Assembly: GCA_003345595.1 (NCBI GenBank)
Contig: PRDI01000129.1
Location: 6,675 to 70,674, forward strand
Reading direction: 5' to 3'
DNA: 64,000 nt
From: Candidatus Thorarchaeota archaeon
GTDB taxonomy: Archaea > Asgardarchaeota > Thorarchaeia > Thorarchaeales > Thorarchaeaceae
Part shown: positions 1 through 10,164 of the stretch, one piece after another
How positions within the stretch are numbered: position 1 is the stretch's first letter
How the letters are laid out: the number at the start of each line of letters is the position of its first letter
Notes under the pieces: model-generated
The model's database searches: none
What the model was told of the DNA's origin: nothing
The model's input: the letters and a program-made list of their open reading frames with translations, nothing else
Program-made: the position numbers and the translations under genes

Positions 1-1388
1 ACCTCTGCAGGGAATACCGAGTACGCCTTGTACTTGATGAGGTCCTTCTTCCGGTCGCCGATATACACGTAGCCGTCTGTGTCGAAACGGCCAATGTCAC
101 CGGTGTGCATCCAACCTCCTTTCAGCGTTTCGTCGGACTCCTTCTGCTTCCGCCAATAGCCAGCCATGACCTGGGGGCCTCGAATCAGGATTTCTCCCCA
201 TTCACCAATCGCCATTTCCTTGGAATCGTCCGTTGTGTCGACTATCTTGATGTGAGTGTTGAAGATTGGAAGACCTACACTGCCTGGTTTCAGAACTCCC
301 TCGGGAATCAGAGTCTGAATTGGCGAGGTTTCTGTCATTCCGTATCCTTCGACTATGTATATTCCAGTGAGCCGCTGAAATTGCTCCAGAATCTCGACAG
401 GGAGCGGCGCGGCGCCGGAGAAGGCATGCTTCAGGGACTGCAGCGCTTCCTTCTTGAGGTCAGGGCGCCCGAGCATTGAAACATACAATGTTGGCACTCC
501 AACCAGTACCGTTGCCCCATACTTCGGAATTACATGAAGAACCTCCTTTAGGTCCGGCCTTGGAATCATTATGATGCTGGCCGCTATGTACGAGGCCAGT
601 ACGAGTACACAAGACAGGCCAAACGCATGAAAGAATGGAAGGACGCCGACGAAACACTCCTTGCCCTCATTGACCTTGAACCACCTACGACCCGCTTCTG
701 CGTTGAACATCAGGTTGCGGTGTGTCAGCATAGCGCCCTTGGGCATACCAGTGGTCCCTCCCGTGTACAACAGAGTGGCAACATCGTCTGCACCAAGACT
801 GTTCTCAGGGGGTGTCATCGGCTGGTCAGACATCAAATCCCGAAAAAGACGAATCCCAGGCCCTACTGGTAGTGTTGGGTGTGCAATCTTGCCTGCAAGC
901 TTGCCCAGGACAGCCTTGGCTTTAGGCAAGTATTCACCTGTCCTCGTATAGACTACTGCTTGAACCTCTGTGTCCTTTCTCCCTTTCTCAGCAACCTCAT
1001 GGAACATGTCCAAGGCGACAAGGATCTTGGCGCCAGTATTCTCAAGTTGGTGGTGAAGCTCAAGTTCCTTGAGTAGTGGATTGACGGGTGAAACCATTGC
1101 CCCTGCTTTGAAAGCGCCGTAGAATGCAATAGGAAACTGCGGCAAGTTGGGAACCATGATCGCTACTCTATCACCCTTCTCGATGCCCAAGCCCAACAGA
1201 GCATGGGCAAACTGGTTACTCATCTCATCGATCTGCCTGTAGTTTATCGTCTTGCCCATGATGTAGAAAGCGGGATGACTGGGAAACCGCTTGGCAGTAC
1301 TCATGAGAGTTTCATGAATCGTTATCTTCGGAACCTCGATATCATATGGCAAGCCCTTTGGCCAGCTGTTCTGCCAGAACCTCTCCAT
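1..1388 (-). CDS. fadD: long-chain fatty acid--CoA ligase (AMP-binding), 3' end outside window
   Basis: Not in the ORF track. Manual translation from ATG at 1388: MERFWQNSWPKGLPYDIEVP...LLYTGGTTGMPKGAMLTH...EGYGMTETSP...GWMHTGDIGRFDTDGYVYIGDRKKDLIK, the adenylate-forming enzyme motifs. Confidence 0.93.
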   Translation of the reverse strand, partial: MERFWQNSWPKGLPYDIEVPKITIHETLMSTAKRFPSHPAFYIMGKTINYRQIDEMSNQFAHALLGLGIEKGDRVAIMVPNLPQFPIAFYGAFKAGAMVSPVNPLLKELELHHQLENTGAKILVALDMFHEVAEKGRKDTEVQAVVYTRTGEYLPKAKAVLGKLAGKIAHPTLPVGPGIRLFRDLMSDQPMTPPENSLGADDVATLLYTGGTTGMPKGAMLTHRNLMFNAEAGRRWFKVNEGKECFVGVLPFFHAFGLSCVLVLASYIAASIIMIPRPDLKEVLHVIPKYGATVLVGVPTLYVSMLGRPDLKKEALQSLKHAFSGAAPLPVEILEQFQRLTGIYIVEGYGMTETSPIQTLIPEGVLKPGSVGLPIFNTHIKIVDTTDDSKEMAIGEWGEILIRGPQVMAGYWRKQKESDETLKGGWMHTGDIGRFDTDGYVYIGDRKKDLIKYKAYSVFPAE

Positions 1389-1557
1389 TTTGCACACGTC
1401 CGGAATTAGCTAGATGAAACTATACTAATCTACAGACCGGGCATATAACAGCATTGCCCATTCAAGTGGAACAAAGGCAAGTTGGCCACCAGACAAAAAC
1501 GATTTGTGCCAGCAATACCATGCACCTGATTGCTGAAACGCGCTTGGAGAGGACTAC

Positions 1558-3543
1558 ATGAAGACAATCACCGTGATTGGCGCAGGCACGATGGGGCACG
1601 GAATAGCCCAGCTGGCAGCCAAGGCAGGTTATCAGGTATACCTGAATGATGTGAAGAAGGAGTTCATTGACAAGGGTCTTGAACGAATAAAGTGGAGCCT
1701 CGGGAAGTTCGCGAAGAAGAAGGATATCACTGAGGAGCAGGCCAAAGAGATCTTCGGAAGGATAACACCGGAGCTGGATCTTGCCAAGGCTGTGAGAGCA
1801 GCTGATATCATAATTGAGGCAATCATCGAGGACATGAGTGTGAAACAGGAACTTGGCCGCAGACTGGACAAGATCATGAAGAAGGGGGCCATATTCGCCA
1901 CGAACACAAGCACACTGCCCATCACAGAGATAGCCTCTGCTTTCTCGCATCCTGAGAATGTAATCGGGATGCACTTCTTCAACCCACCACAGCTAATGCC
2001 ACTGGTGGAGATAATCCGCGGCGAAAAGACTTCAGAGAGCACGCTGACGGTGATAGTCGAACTGTCACGCGAGATGGGAAAAGACATTGTCACTTGTAAG
2101 AAGGATGTCCCTGGCTTCATTGTGAACCGCATGCTCGGGCCTCTGCTCAACGAAGCCGCATGGATGGTCGAACGAGGTGAAGCAAGCATCACGGCCGTAG
2201 ACTCGGCAGCGAAGTACAGGCTTTCTCTGCCCATGGGTCTGTTCGAACTCGCGGACTACAGTGGTGTCGACGTGATCCACAATGCACAGAAGTACTTCGT
2301 CAGGAGAGGATTGGTTTCAAACCAGCCGCCCATTTGGGAGGAGAAGGTCAAGGCCCAAGAGTTCGGGATGAAGGTTGGAAAGGGCTTTTACACGTACAAG
2401 CAGGGTGCCCTCGGATGGGAGAGACCGGATATCCCGAGAGATGCAGGAAACAACGTAGACCTCGTCCGACTCTTCGCCCCGGCAATCAACTCAGGAGCAG
2501 AAGTGGTGCGACTGGAGATTGCCACCAGAGAGGATGTCGACAAGTCGGTGAAGATGGGACTAGGATTTCCGAAGGGCATTCTCGAGATGGCAGATGAGTT
2601 TGGCATAGACAAAGTGATGGATGCTCTGAAAGACCTTCGTAGCAAGCATGGTGAGTTCTACAAGCCAGACCCTCTGTTAGAACAGATGATGAGCGAGGGA
2701 CGCACAGGGAAGGAGGCCGGGAAGGGATTCTATGACTATGAGCAGAAGGCAACTGAGCTTGAAACACTCATCTTGAAGAAAGAACCCGAGAACAAGATTG
2801 CGTGGTTGGTCTTGAACAGGCCACACAGACTGAACACATTCACTCTTGAGTCCATAGCGGACTTCCGACGCGCATTTCTTGATGTTGCTGCTGACAAGAA
2901 CATCAGAGTACTCATAATCACCGGTGCAGGAGACAAGGCATTCTGCACAGGGGCAGACCTGACAGCGTTCTCAGGTGATATCAACCCCTCGGCAGCACGG
3001 GACCTTTCCGCGCAAGGTCATGATCTCTTCGCAATGATTGAGAAGCTGCCACAACCCGTCATCGCGGCCATAAACGGGTACGCCTATGGAGGTGGATGCG
3101 AACTGGCGTTGGCTTGTGATTTTCGGATTGCGGCCGAGCGTGCCAAGATCGGTCTCACAGAAATGCGATTGTCGTTGATTCCGGGTTGGGGCGGTACACA
3201 GAGACTGCCCAGAATCATAGGGCTTGCAAGGGCCAAGGAGGCCATCATGCTTGCACGGAGGTACACTGCCGAAGAGGCACTGACGATAGGTCTTGTTAAC
3301 AAGGTCGTTTCGAACGATAACTTCGAGAACGAAGTGAGGGCATTTGCACACGAGCTCGCCAAGCAGTCACCCATCGCAATCAAACTCGCCAAGCAATGCT
3401 TGAACCATGGCACTCAAGTGCCATTGGACGTGGGATTGGAGCTCGAGGCACAGGCATTCGGGGTCCTCTTCTCGACAGAGGATCTCTTCGAGGGGATTGC
3501 GGCATTCATGGAAAAGAGAGAGCCCGACTTCAAGGGCAAATAG
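1558..3543 (+). CDS. bifunctional 3-hydroxyacyl-CoA dehydrogenase / enoyl-CoA hydratase (archaeal HADH-ECH order)
   Basis: GAGTMGHG Rossmann motif, NTSTL, GMHFFNPP, PGFIVNR; C-terminal crotonase AFCTGADL, GGGCELALACD. Confidence 0.95.
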   Translation: MKTITVIGAGTMGHGIAQLAAKAGYQVYLNDVKKEFIDKGLERIKWSLGKFAKKKDITEEQAKEIFGRITPELDLAKAVRAADIIIEAIIEDMSVKQELGRRLDKIMKKGAIFATNTSTLPITEIASAFSHPENVIGMHFFNPPQLMPLVEIIRGEKTSESTLTVIVELSREMGKDIVTCKKDVPGFIVNRMLGPLLNEAAWMVERGEASITAVDSAAKYRLSLPMGLFELADYSGVDVIHNAQKYFVRRGLVSNQPPIWEEKVKAQEFGMKVGKGFYTYKQGALGWERPDIPRDAGNNVDLVRLFAPAINSGAEVVRLEIATREDVDKSVKMGLGFPKGILEMADEFGIDKVMDALKDLRSKHGEFYKPDPLLEQMMSEGRTGKEAGKGFYDYEQKATELETLILKKEPENKIAWLVLNRPHRLNTFTLESIADFRRAFLDVAADKNIRVLIITGAGDKAFCTGADLTAFSGDINPSAARDLSAQGHDLFAMIEKLPQPVIAAINGYAYGGGCELALACDFRIAAERAKIGLTEMRLSLIPGWGGTQRLPRIIGLARAKEAIMLARRYTAEEALTIGLVNKVVSNDNFENEVRAFAHELAKQSPIAIKLAKQCLNHGTQVPLDVGLELEAQAFGVLFSTEDLFEGIAAFMEKREPDFKGK

Positions 3544-3557
3544 AGGGAAGTATCAAT

Positions 3558-4733
3558 ATGCCAACGAAAAAAACCAGAGAAGCAGTCATAGTGGAAGCAG
3601 TCCGAACACCGATAGGCAAGAAGAATGGGAGCTTCGCCAATGTCAGGCCTGACGAACTTGCTTCCCATGTTCTTAGAGAAGTTGTCAAGCGCACCAAGAT
3701 TGATCCGGCAATTGTGGATGATGTCATCATGGGCTGCAACACGCAGACAGCACAACAAGCCGCCAACATAGGACGATTGTCTGTCCTGGGTGCCGGTTTC
3801 CCATACACTGTGCCGGCATGTACGCTCAACCGAGCATGTGGATCTTCACAACAGGCAGTCAATTTCGGTGCCCAATCGATAATCACTCAGAATGCTGATG
3901 TCGTGATTGGAGCAGGTGTTGAACACATGACACTCCTGCCCATCGGCGCTGACTTCGGTGAGGGGTATGCTTCTTTCAATCCGAAACTGGTCGAGAAGTA
4001 TCCACTAGTACCAATGACTATGAGCTCAGACATGATGGCTGAGAAGTACAGAATACCGAGGGAGGAACTTGACAAGTTCGCTCTCTGGAGCCACAAGAAG
4101 GCTGTTGCAGCGTGGGACGCGGGGAAGTTCGAGAAGGAAGTGGCACCGATGGAGGCGCCTCAGGCAGATGGCAGCACTGTGGTTGTAAAGAAGGACGACA
4201 GTCCCCGTCGTGAAACATCTCTTGAGAAGTTGGCCTCGCTACCAACACTTCACGGTGGGACCACGACAGCTGGTAATGCGTGTCCCATAAACGACGGAGC
4301 CGCAGCAGTCATGATGATGTCCAGAGAGAAAGCAGACGAACTTGGTCTCAGAGCCCGTGCTGTAATCCAGACCCAGGCTGTCCTTGGGGTTGAACCAGTA
4401 ATATGCCTTGAAGGGCCAATCTTTGTCATACCCAAATGCCTCAAACGCGCAGGACTGACGCTGAGTGATATTGACCTCATGGAGATCAACGAGGCATTTG
4501 CGTCGGTAGTCATAGCTACAGGCAAAACGCTTGGTTTTGATCCCCTGACTGACAGGCGCCTTGCTGTTCACGGAGGCTCGATTGCCTTGGGACATCCTCT
4601 CGGTGCTACCGGCGCCAGGCTGGTGACAACCTTGCTCCACGCCTTAGAAGACCGAAAGCTAAGATATGGATTGGTTTCCATGTGCATTGGACTCGGACTA
4701 GGAACTGCGACAATCATCGAACGTGTGAAATAG
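3558..4733 (+). CDS. fadA: acetyl-CoA C-acyltransferase (thiolase)
   Basis: Start re-set to MPTKKTREAVIVEAVRTPIG. NRACGSS, NEAFAS, GHPLGATG and MCIGLG thiolase motifs. Confidence 0.95.
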   Translation: MPTKKTREAVIVEAVRTPIGKKNGSFANVRPDELASHVLREVVKRTKIDPAIVDDVIMGCNTQTAQQAANIGRLSVLGAGFPYTVPACTLNRACGSSQQAVNFGAQSIITQNADVVIGAGVEHMTLLPIGADFGEGYASFNPKLVEKYPLVPMTMSSDMMAEKYRIPREELDKFALWSHKKAVAAWDAGKFEKEVAPMEAPQADGSTVVVKKDDSPRRETSLEKLASLPTLHGGTTTAGNACPINDGAAAVMMMSREKADELGLRARAVIQTQAVLGVEPVICLEGPIFVIPKCLKRAGLTLSDIDLMEINEAFASVVIATGKTLGFDPLTDRRLAVHGGSIALGHPLGATGARLVTTLLHALEDRKLRYGLVSMCIGLGLGTATIIERVK

Positions 4734-4798
4734 CAGAGTGTTCATGTGCGTATGTCCTCTATACGACATGCAAGTCGTAGTCGATAGGCGGCAATGGC

Positions 4799-5605
4799 AT
4801 GAACATCGAGAAAGCTGTTGCTTTCGTGACGGCCAGAGGCAATCCAATCGAGATTGCTCGAATGTCATCCATACTATGGAATCAGAAGAGCAGCCGTTCA
4901 GCGATGACTAGACTTTCCAGGATGCAGAATGAAGATGGAGGATACTCTCTGGAGCAAGGCGGCCCCAGCACAGTCTATGACACGATAAGTGTGATTCCGT
5001 GGCTGGACGACCTGCAACTACGCAGTGGCCCTCTTGTCGATATGGCATTCAGGTTTCTGCTGAAGTATAGACAGACGGACGGAGGTTGGGATGAGGTGGA
5101 TGATCTCAAGGGGACAAACGCTCCGCCGTTTCTGATTCTTGGAGAAACAGAAACTAGACCATGGCTGACCGCATGCTGTGCCCACTGGTTTGTTCGCTTT
5201 GGTCGTGCCCAGCCGCTTGATGCCAATGGACGCCCAATGGACTTCCTGCTCAAATCTTGGGAAACACCGGGAAGACTGAAAGGGCATCTTCGGGCAACTT
5301 GGCATGCTCTAGTCCTATTCGGATACCACCCGGGGCAGGATTCTGGCGAGTACAAGGAAACCTTGACCGCGATCGAAAGAGAGCTTGCCCCCGACATTTG
5401 GGAAGGGTCTAGCCTAGCATGCTTACTGTGTTGCTTCAGAGATGCGGGACTACTAGGGGACCACCCACTCGTGAAGAGAGCACTGGACGAACTAGCCAGA
5501 AAGCAGCGTCCCGACGGGAGCTGGTCTTCTGAAGGCGGCGAGAAGTTCGCTGTGAGCGCCACGATTGAAGCGCTACGCGTGCTCAAGCACTATGGCAGAG
5601 TCTAG
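4799..5605 (+). CDS. prenyltransferase/squalene-oxidase-repeat (alpha-alpha toroid) protein
   Basis: QW-like repeats QNEDGGY, QTDGGW, QRPDGSW. Confidence 0.75.
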   Translation: MNIEKAVAFVTARGNPIEIARMSSILWNQKSSRSAMTRLSRMQNEDGGYSLEQGGPSTVYDTISVIPWLDDLQLRSGPLVDMAFRFLLKYRQTDGGWDEVDDLKGTNAPPFLILGETETRPWLTACCAHWFVRFGRAQPLDANGRPMDFLLKSWETPGRLKGHLRATWHALVLFGYHPGQDSGEYKETLTAIERELAPDIWEGSSLACLLCCFRDAGLLGDHPLVKRALDELARKQRPDGSWSSEGGEKFAVSATIEALRVLKHYGRV

Positions 5606-5606
5606 A

Positions 5607-6170
5607 ATGCCGGCATTCGGCTTGACCGAGCCACAACTGACAAGTGCTAGTCATGTGCGGCAGAAACAGGGTGCTGACACGAGAGAACTCCGCAGAAAGG
5701 AGAAAGCAATTACAGATCGGAATGAAATGCTGTGGATTTTGGAGCACACACAGTACATCACGCTTGCAATGTGTGCTGACAACGAACCATACCTTGCGAC
5801 CCTGAGCCACGGCTATGACAGAGAGAGGAACTGCATCTACTTTCATTGTGCGAGGGAGGGCAAGAAGATCGACGTCCTGTCAGTCAACAATGTCGTCTGG
5901 GGTCAAGCTCTAATCGACAAGGGCTATGTTCAAGGCGCTTGTGACCATTTATACGCCACCGTGCATTTCAGAGGCAGGGTCACGTTTGTGGAGGATACGG
6001 AGGAGAAAGAACATGCACTCAGAATCATGATACGTGCATTGGATGACGACCCATCAACAGTCATCAAGAAACAGCTCACTCCCCAGTCAGTTACCCGCGT
6101 CAACATAGGCCGAATCGATATCGATTATATGACCGGAAAGAAGGCAGAGAAGGTAGTGATCTCACTATAG
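5607..6170 (+). CDS. pyridoxamine 5'-phosphate oxidase-like flavin-binding protein (NimA-like); start uncertain
   Basis: LRRKEKAI...LAMC..NEPY..LSHGYD...IYFHCAREGKKID...MTGK. Confidence 0.85.
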   Translation: MPAFGLTEPQLTSASHVRQKQGADTRELRRKEKAITDRNEMLWILEHTQYITLAMCADNEPYLATLSHGYDRERNCIYFHCAREGKKIDVLSVNNVVWGQALIDKGYVQGACDHLYATVHFRGRVTFVEDTEEKEHALRIMIRALDDDPSTVIKKQLTPQSVTRVNIGRIDIDYMTGKKAEKVVISL

Positions 6171-6284
6171 AGGACTGCTGTGAGTCTGTATCCACGGTCA
6201 GTCTTGTTCTGACATCGAGGTTCATGAACAGACCAAACAGGAGGGTCATGTTCATCTAGGTAAAGCAACTGACTTTGCTTGACT

Positions 6285-6908
6285 ATGTTGTTTCTTGTTT
6301 CTGTCCTAGGGATGATGGCCGCGGTCCCAATTCACTTCTTGTCGGTCGAACACTCGAAACTGGAGGAAAGGTACGGGCAAGAGAAGGGAAGAACGGCTGG
6401 GAACATACTGGGCATGATATCGGGATGGAGTTTCTTCAGTTTCTGGGTGGGAATATGGATATCCTCACAGCCGAGGTTTAGCATCCCGGTTCTTCCTGAA
6501 TTCGTTGTGATTATCTCGATTAGTGGCCTGGCAATCCCCGTGGTCCACATCGTCCTTGGGCTTCCTCTCCTCTTCGTTGGAGCTTGGTTCGGGATTGCAG
6601 GCGTCAAGGAGATCACGCTCAAAGCCTCCGAAACTCATAGATCCGAGATAATCATAAAGACAGGGGTCTACTCGAATGTCAGACACCCGCAATATCTAGG
6701 CGGCATTGTTTCTCACTTGGGAGTCACGCTCCTCCTGTGTGCTTGGTATGCTCTTCTTGTGACGCCACTGATTGTTTCACTGAACTATGCAGTTTCTTGG
6801 AAAGAAGAGAGGGAGCTTGCGAGGGAGTACGGCAACGAATACAGAGAGTACCAGAGGAGCGTGCCGATGATGGTGCCCCGAATCCGTGGTCACAAAGCAG
6901 GTCGCTGA
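6285..6908 (+). CDS. isoprenylcysteine carboxyl methyltransferase / PEMT-family membrane methyltransferase
   Basis: TGVYSNVRHPQYLG and EERELAREYGNEYREYQRSVP motifs with several TM segments. Confidence 0.88.
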   Translation: MLFLVSVLGMMAAVPIHFLSVEHSKLEERYGQEKGRTAGNILGMISGWSFFSFWVGIWISSQPRFSIPVLPEFVVIISISGLAIPVVHIVLGLPLLFVGAWFGIAGVKEITLKASETHRSEIIIKTGVYSNVRHPQYLGGIVSHLGVTLLLCAWYALLVTPLIVSLNYAVSWKEERELAREYGNEYREYQRSVPMMVPRIRGHKAGR

Positions 6909-7079
6909 CACATCAAAGCCACGGGTGAGTGCAGTCGGAATCGTTGGTTTCCCGAACCGCACCAACCTGTCTGATGCAGTGCTAGATTACATCATCCTAA
7001 AACCTTCTGGATGCCAAGACCGACCAAAGCGATTCTTGGGGGACTCCTGTCATCCCGATTCCAGTAGGATGTGCAGTGC

Positions 7080-7493
7080 CTACTGGATTCCAAACTTCGT
7101 TGTAAGCTTGACGATAAGGAATATGACAAATGCAATGATTATGAACGTGACAAGTTGGCCGAAGAAGTGACCTACGAGGAAAGGTCCAAAGGCTATATCC
7201 TCCCATTTCAAGCCCGGGGTGGCTATCGTGATTATCGGCATAACAAGGTCAGCAACCAGTGCCTGTACAAGAGCACCCAGATAGATGGCGAGTATGAATG
7301 CTGTGGCCAATCCCATGACCTTGTACGTCTTCAGGAAGTCTCTGAACTCTTCGAGAAGGTTCTTCTTCACTGGTGAGGGAGCAGGGGCTGCAGGTATGAA
7401 CTGTCGCTCAAGCAACGCGTGTATGCTCTTTAGCTCACCAAGAACGGTCTTATCGTCCATCATTTCATCGCCGGAAGCACTCTTGTGACTCAT
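7080..7493 (-). CDS. mscL: large-conductance mechanosensitive channel family protein; start uncertain
   Basis: LEEFRDFL...VMGLATAFIL...LVQALVADLVMPII...GHFFGQLVTFIIIAFVIFLIVK. Confidence 0.85.
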   Translation of the reverse strand: MSHKSASGDEMMDDKTVLGELKSIHALLERQFIPAAPAPSPVKKNLLEEFRDFLKTYKVMGLATAFILAIYLGALVQALVADLVMPIITIATPGLKWEDIAFGPFLVGHFFGQLVTFIIIAFVIFLIVKLTTKFGIQ

Positions 7494-7579
7494 CTTAAAC
7501 CACAAAAGGGGACCTGAATGAGCTTCAATATCAATCTAGCCGTATGTATCAATGGCTAGTTGAGGATAGAGAACCCGTC

Positions 7580-8368
7580 ATGACATTGCCTGTAGACCCT
7601 TGGTATCAGTCGATCTTTGTACGTCATTCAGAACGACTCTACTCGAGCAGACCTGTTGCGGAGAAGGATCTGTCCGAGCTGGACAAGCTGTGCGAAGAGT
7701 TCCGACCATTCGCGGGTTCGCGAGCGAAGCTCGTCAGAAACCCGCTAGATGATGTCTTCAAAGGGATTGTTGGCTCCTATGGCAAGGTCAGGAATGCCCC
7801 ACACTATGTCGCGTTCATTGGTGACACCAACTCGCCAACCGTGGAGGAGGCTCTCGGCTACATGGGTGAAGGCATTATCCTTGAGGCAACGGCCCTAGGT
7901 CTCAACACATGTTGGGTGGCTGGCTTCTTCCGTCCTGAAAGAGTGATGGAGGAGATCGACGTTTCTAAGGATGAAGTAGTAATGGCAGTCACTCCAATCG
8001 GCTACGCAGAGGAGGAACATGACCGCATTGAGTCGCTAAGATCTGGCCGTGAGAAGCCTCATAGACGTCATGAACTCGAAAGTCTGATCATGGAGAGTGG
8101 TCTTGCTCCGAAAGATTGGATGAGAACGGGGCTCGAGGCCGCGAGATTGGCGCCATCTGCAGCGAACAGGCAGCCGTGGCGGTTCCGCCTCGGAGAAGAT
8201 TCCGTGCTGATTGAGCATCTGAGGACCAAGAACTACTTTCGTGTACCTTACCGCCTAGACTGTGGCATCGCAATGCTTCATTTCGAACTAGGGGCACTTG
8301 TCGCTGGTGCATCAGGCAACTGGACAGTGCTACAATCGCCAAGTGTTGCAGAGTACAGAATCGCTTAG
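7580..8368 (+). CDS. nitroreductase family protein (TM1586-like)
   Basis: RHSER, ATALGLNTCWVAG, ARLAPSAANRQPW, DCGIAMLHFE. Confidence 0.88.
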   Translation: MTLPVDPWYQSIFVRHSERLYSSRPVAEKDLSELDKLCEEFRPFAGSRAKLVRNPLDDVFKGIVGSYGKVRNAPHYVAFIGDTNSPTVEEALGYMGEGIILEATALGLNTCWVAGFFRPERVMEEIDVSKDEVVMAVTPIGYAEEEHDRIESLRSGREKPHRRHELESLIMESGLAPKDWMRTGLEAARLAPSAANRQPWRFRLGEDSVLIEHLRTKNYFRVPYRLDCGIAMLHFELGALVAGASGNWTVLQSPSVAEYRIA

Positions 8369-8438
8369 TCAACGGGGTTCATATCAATTTTCTTATAAGC
8401 AATCGCAAGACGGCGATGGTTGTGGGGTGACTCAAGTC

Positions 8439-8720
8439 ATGTCACATGAGGTCGAGATGGAAACTAGTGCGAGAATCCTGTCCATTGCTTCTCGATATAT
8501 CATAGTCAGTGTGCTGGTGATTGCTATCGGCGCTATCTGCATAGTCTACGCAGCGCTCATCTTCCTAGTTTCGGGCTCGGCGGGCTTGATATTCGAGGTA
8601 GCCGCAGGCATCTTCATGGGTGTAGCGTTCATCGCAATTGGACTATTCATAGGGGCATGGGGACTCTTCTGGATGCGGACTGAAGGAAGGAGACTCCGCA
8701 AGATGCTTGAAGCTAAGTAA
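8439..8720 (+). CDS. small two-TM membrane protein (paralog A)
   Basis: Two hydrophobic helices ending WGLFW; upstream TTATAA near 8394. Confidence 0.7.
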   Translation: MSHEVEMETSARILSIASRYIIVSVLVIAIGAICIVYAALIFLVSGSAGLIFEVAAGIFMGVAFIAIGLFIGAWGLFWMRTEGRRLRKMLEAK

Positions 8721-8735
8721 CGGGAGGTTGCGATA

Positions 8736-9074
8736 ATGGCGAAAGATGATCGAGTGACACCGAGTGACGACAAGAAGACAGGACATGTGCCGAAACGCGA
8801 TATTCCCACTTGGGAGCAGATAACCCAGAACGTATATGACCGAATCGAATGGTATGCCACCCGGTTCATAGTGATCTCGACTGTGGGTGTAGTGATTGGG
8901 TTCATTGCTCTCGTCTATGGAGCATTGGCGGTCGTATACTTTGAGCAGAACTTACAGGTGGCCAGCGTCTTTCTGGCAGCATTCGTGGGAATCGGAGCGC
9001 TCGTCGCGTCGGCCGTCCTGCTTGTTTGGGGCGTGTTCTGGCGCAAGAAGGTCGAAACGAGAAGCATCTTCTAG
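8736..9074 (+). CDS. small two-TM membrane protein (paralog B)
   Basis: Two hydrophobic helices ending WGVFW; aligns with the preceding ORF. Confidence 0.72.
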   Translation: MAKDDRVTPSDDKKTGHVPKRDIPTWEQITQNVYDRIEWYATRFIVISTVGVVIGFIALVYGALAVVYFEQNLQVASVFLAAFVGIGALVASAVLLVWGVFWRKKVETRSIF

Positions 9075-9172
9075 TCTAACTCCATTTCAGTCAGGCATTG
9101 CTGAAGTGCCTGATTCCGACAAATGGGTGGTGGGGGCTACATAGCTCCCCGGTTTCTCTGTTTCGAATTCGT

Positions 9173-9964
9173 CTATGTCTTGGCTGCCCTGCGCCTACGA
9201 AGAAGAATCAGGGCGAAGAGAGAAACGACTACGGCTAGCGCGGCCGTAACAGCAGTCGTCAGTATCACCAGACTGGCCATCTGTTTGACCGCTACGCCGA
9301 CCACGGCCCAGACAAACACGAGGCCGAATGCGATGTCACTTCTCTTCATTATCATGAGGAGACTGATCACCAGAGCTACAACTATCACGACGGCGGTCCA
9401 GACCTCTTGAGTGGGCAATGGTATTCCAGGCACGAGTACGTTCAGCGCTGATGCAATATTGGCTATGATAGCCACCGAGATCCAGCCCAGATAGACGCTC
9501 ACAGGCAGATGCACTGCGAGCCTTTGCTTCAAGGGAACCTCCCTGATTCCTACCCCAAGTCGTACGTACATCATGAGCAATGACAATAAGAGTACCGTCA
9601 TTGGCAGAATAGAAAGGAGGAAGAGTGATGGTACACCGTAGGAGTAGTGGAACAGGACCAGCCAAGTGATGTTGGCGATTGCAGCCAGAAGATGCAGGAA
9701 GCCTATCTGTGCAAGGTAGCCCTGACCACGCTGGTTGGCCCTTGCCTGATAAATCATGAATGTCACTAGGAGCACATAGATGACGCCCCATATTGTAAAC
9801 ACATAGCCCGACGGCGTGAACAGGTTAGGATAGGAGTCGGAAACCTTACCAGTGAACACCCCATTCAAGGGAAGAATGTTTGCGAGCAGGTTGACAAGGA
9901 TTGTGGCGAATATCGCTAGCACGTTTGCAGCCTGCAAAACTACCGGACTTGTTCTGGATGCCAT
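9173..9964 (-). CDS. TspO/MBR-like (tryptophan-rich sensory-type) membrane protein
   Basis: NLLANILPLNG..TG.VSDSYPNLFTPSGYVFTIWGVIY, SVYLGWISVA..ANI; start re-set to MASRTS. Confidence 0.8.
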   Translation of the reverse strand: MASRTSPVVLQAANVLAIFATILVNLLANILPLNGVFTGKVSDSYPNLFTPSGYVFTIWGVIYVLLVTFMIYQARANQRGQGYLAQIGFLHLLAAIANITWLVLFHYSYGVPSLFLLSILPMTVLLLSLLMMYVRLGVGIREVPLKQRLAVHLPVSVYLGWISVAIIANIASALNVLVPGIPLPTQEVWTAVVIVVALVISLLMIMKRSDIAFGLVFVWAVVGVAVKQMASLVILTTAVTAALAVVVSLFALILLRRRRAAKT

Positions 9965-10164
9965 GATGTTAACAATTGTGAACAGTGTTATAAATCTTCC
10001 GCAATTCCTCTGTATTGGTGAACCCGATTCACACTGCACTCGTAGAATCTGACGTATTCACTAGACTGCCTTGATTGGCGCCCCACTGTCATCATCTTCA
10101 TCTTTGTATTCTCTGAAGCCGTGACGATGCCTTAGGATGTCTGTTCCTCCTCTGTTGTATCCGA

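Noticed and set aside
105-1409. Short + strand ORFs here and similar antisense ORFs across the window
   Set aside because: They are shadows of well-supported genes on the opposite strand or in another frame.
3396-3557. Long N-terminal extension of the thiolase in the ORF track
   Set aside because: It overlaps the upstream gene; thiolase homology starts at ATG 3558.
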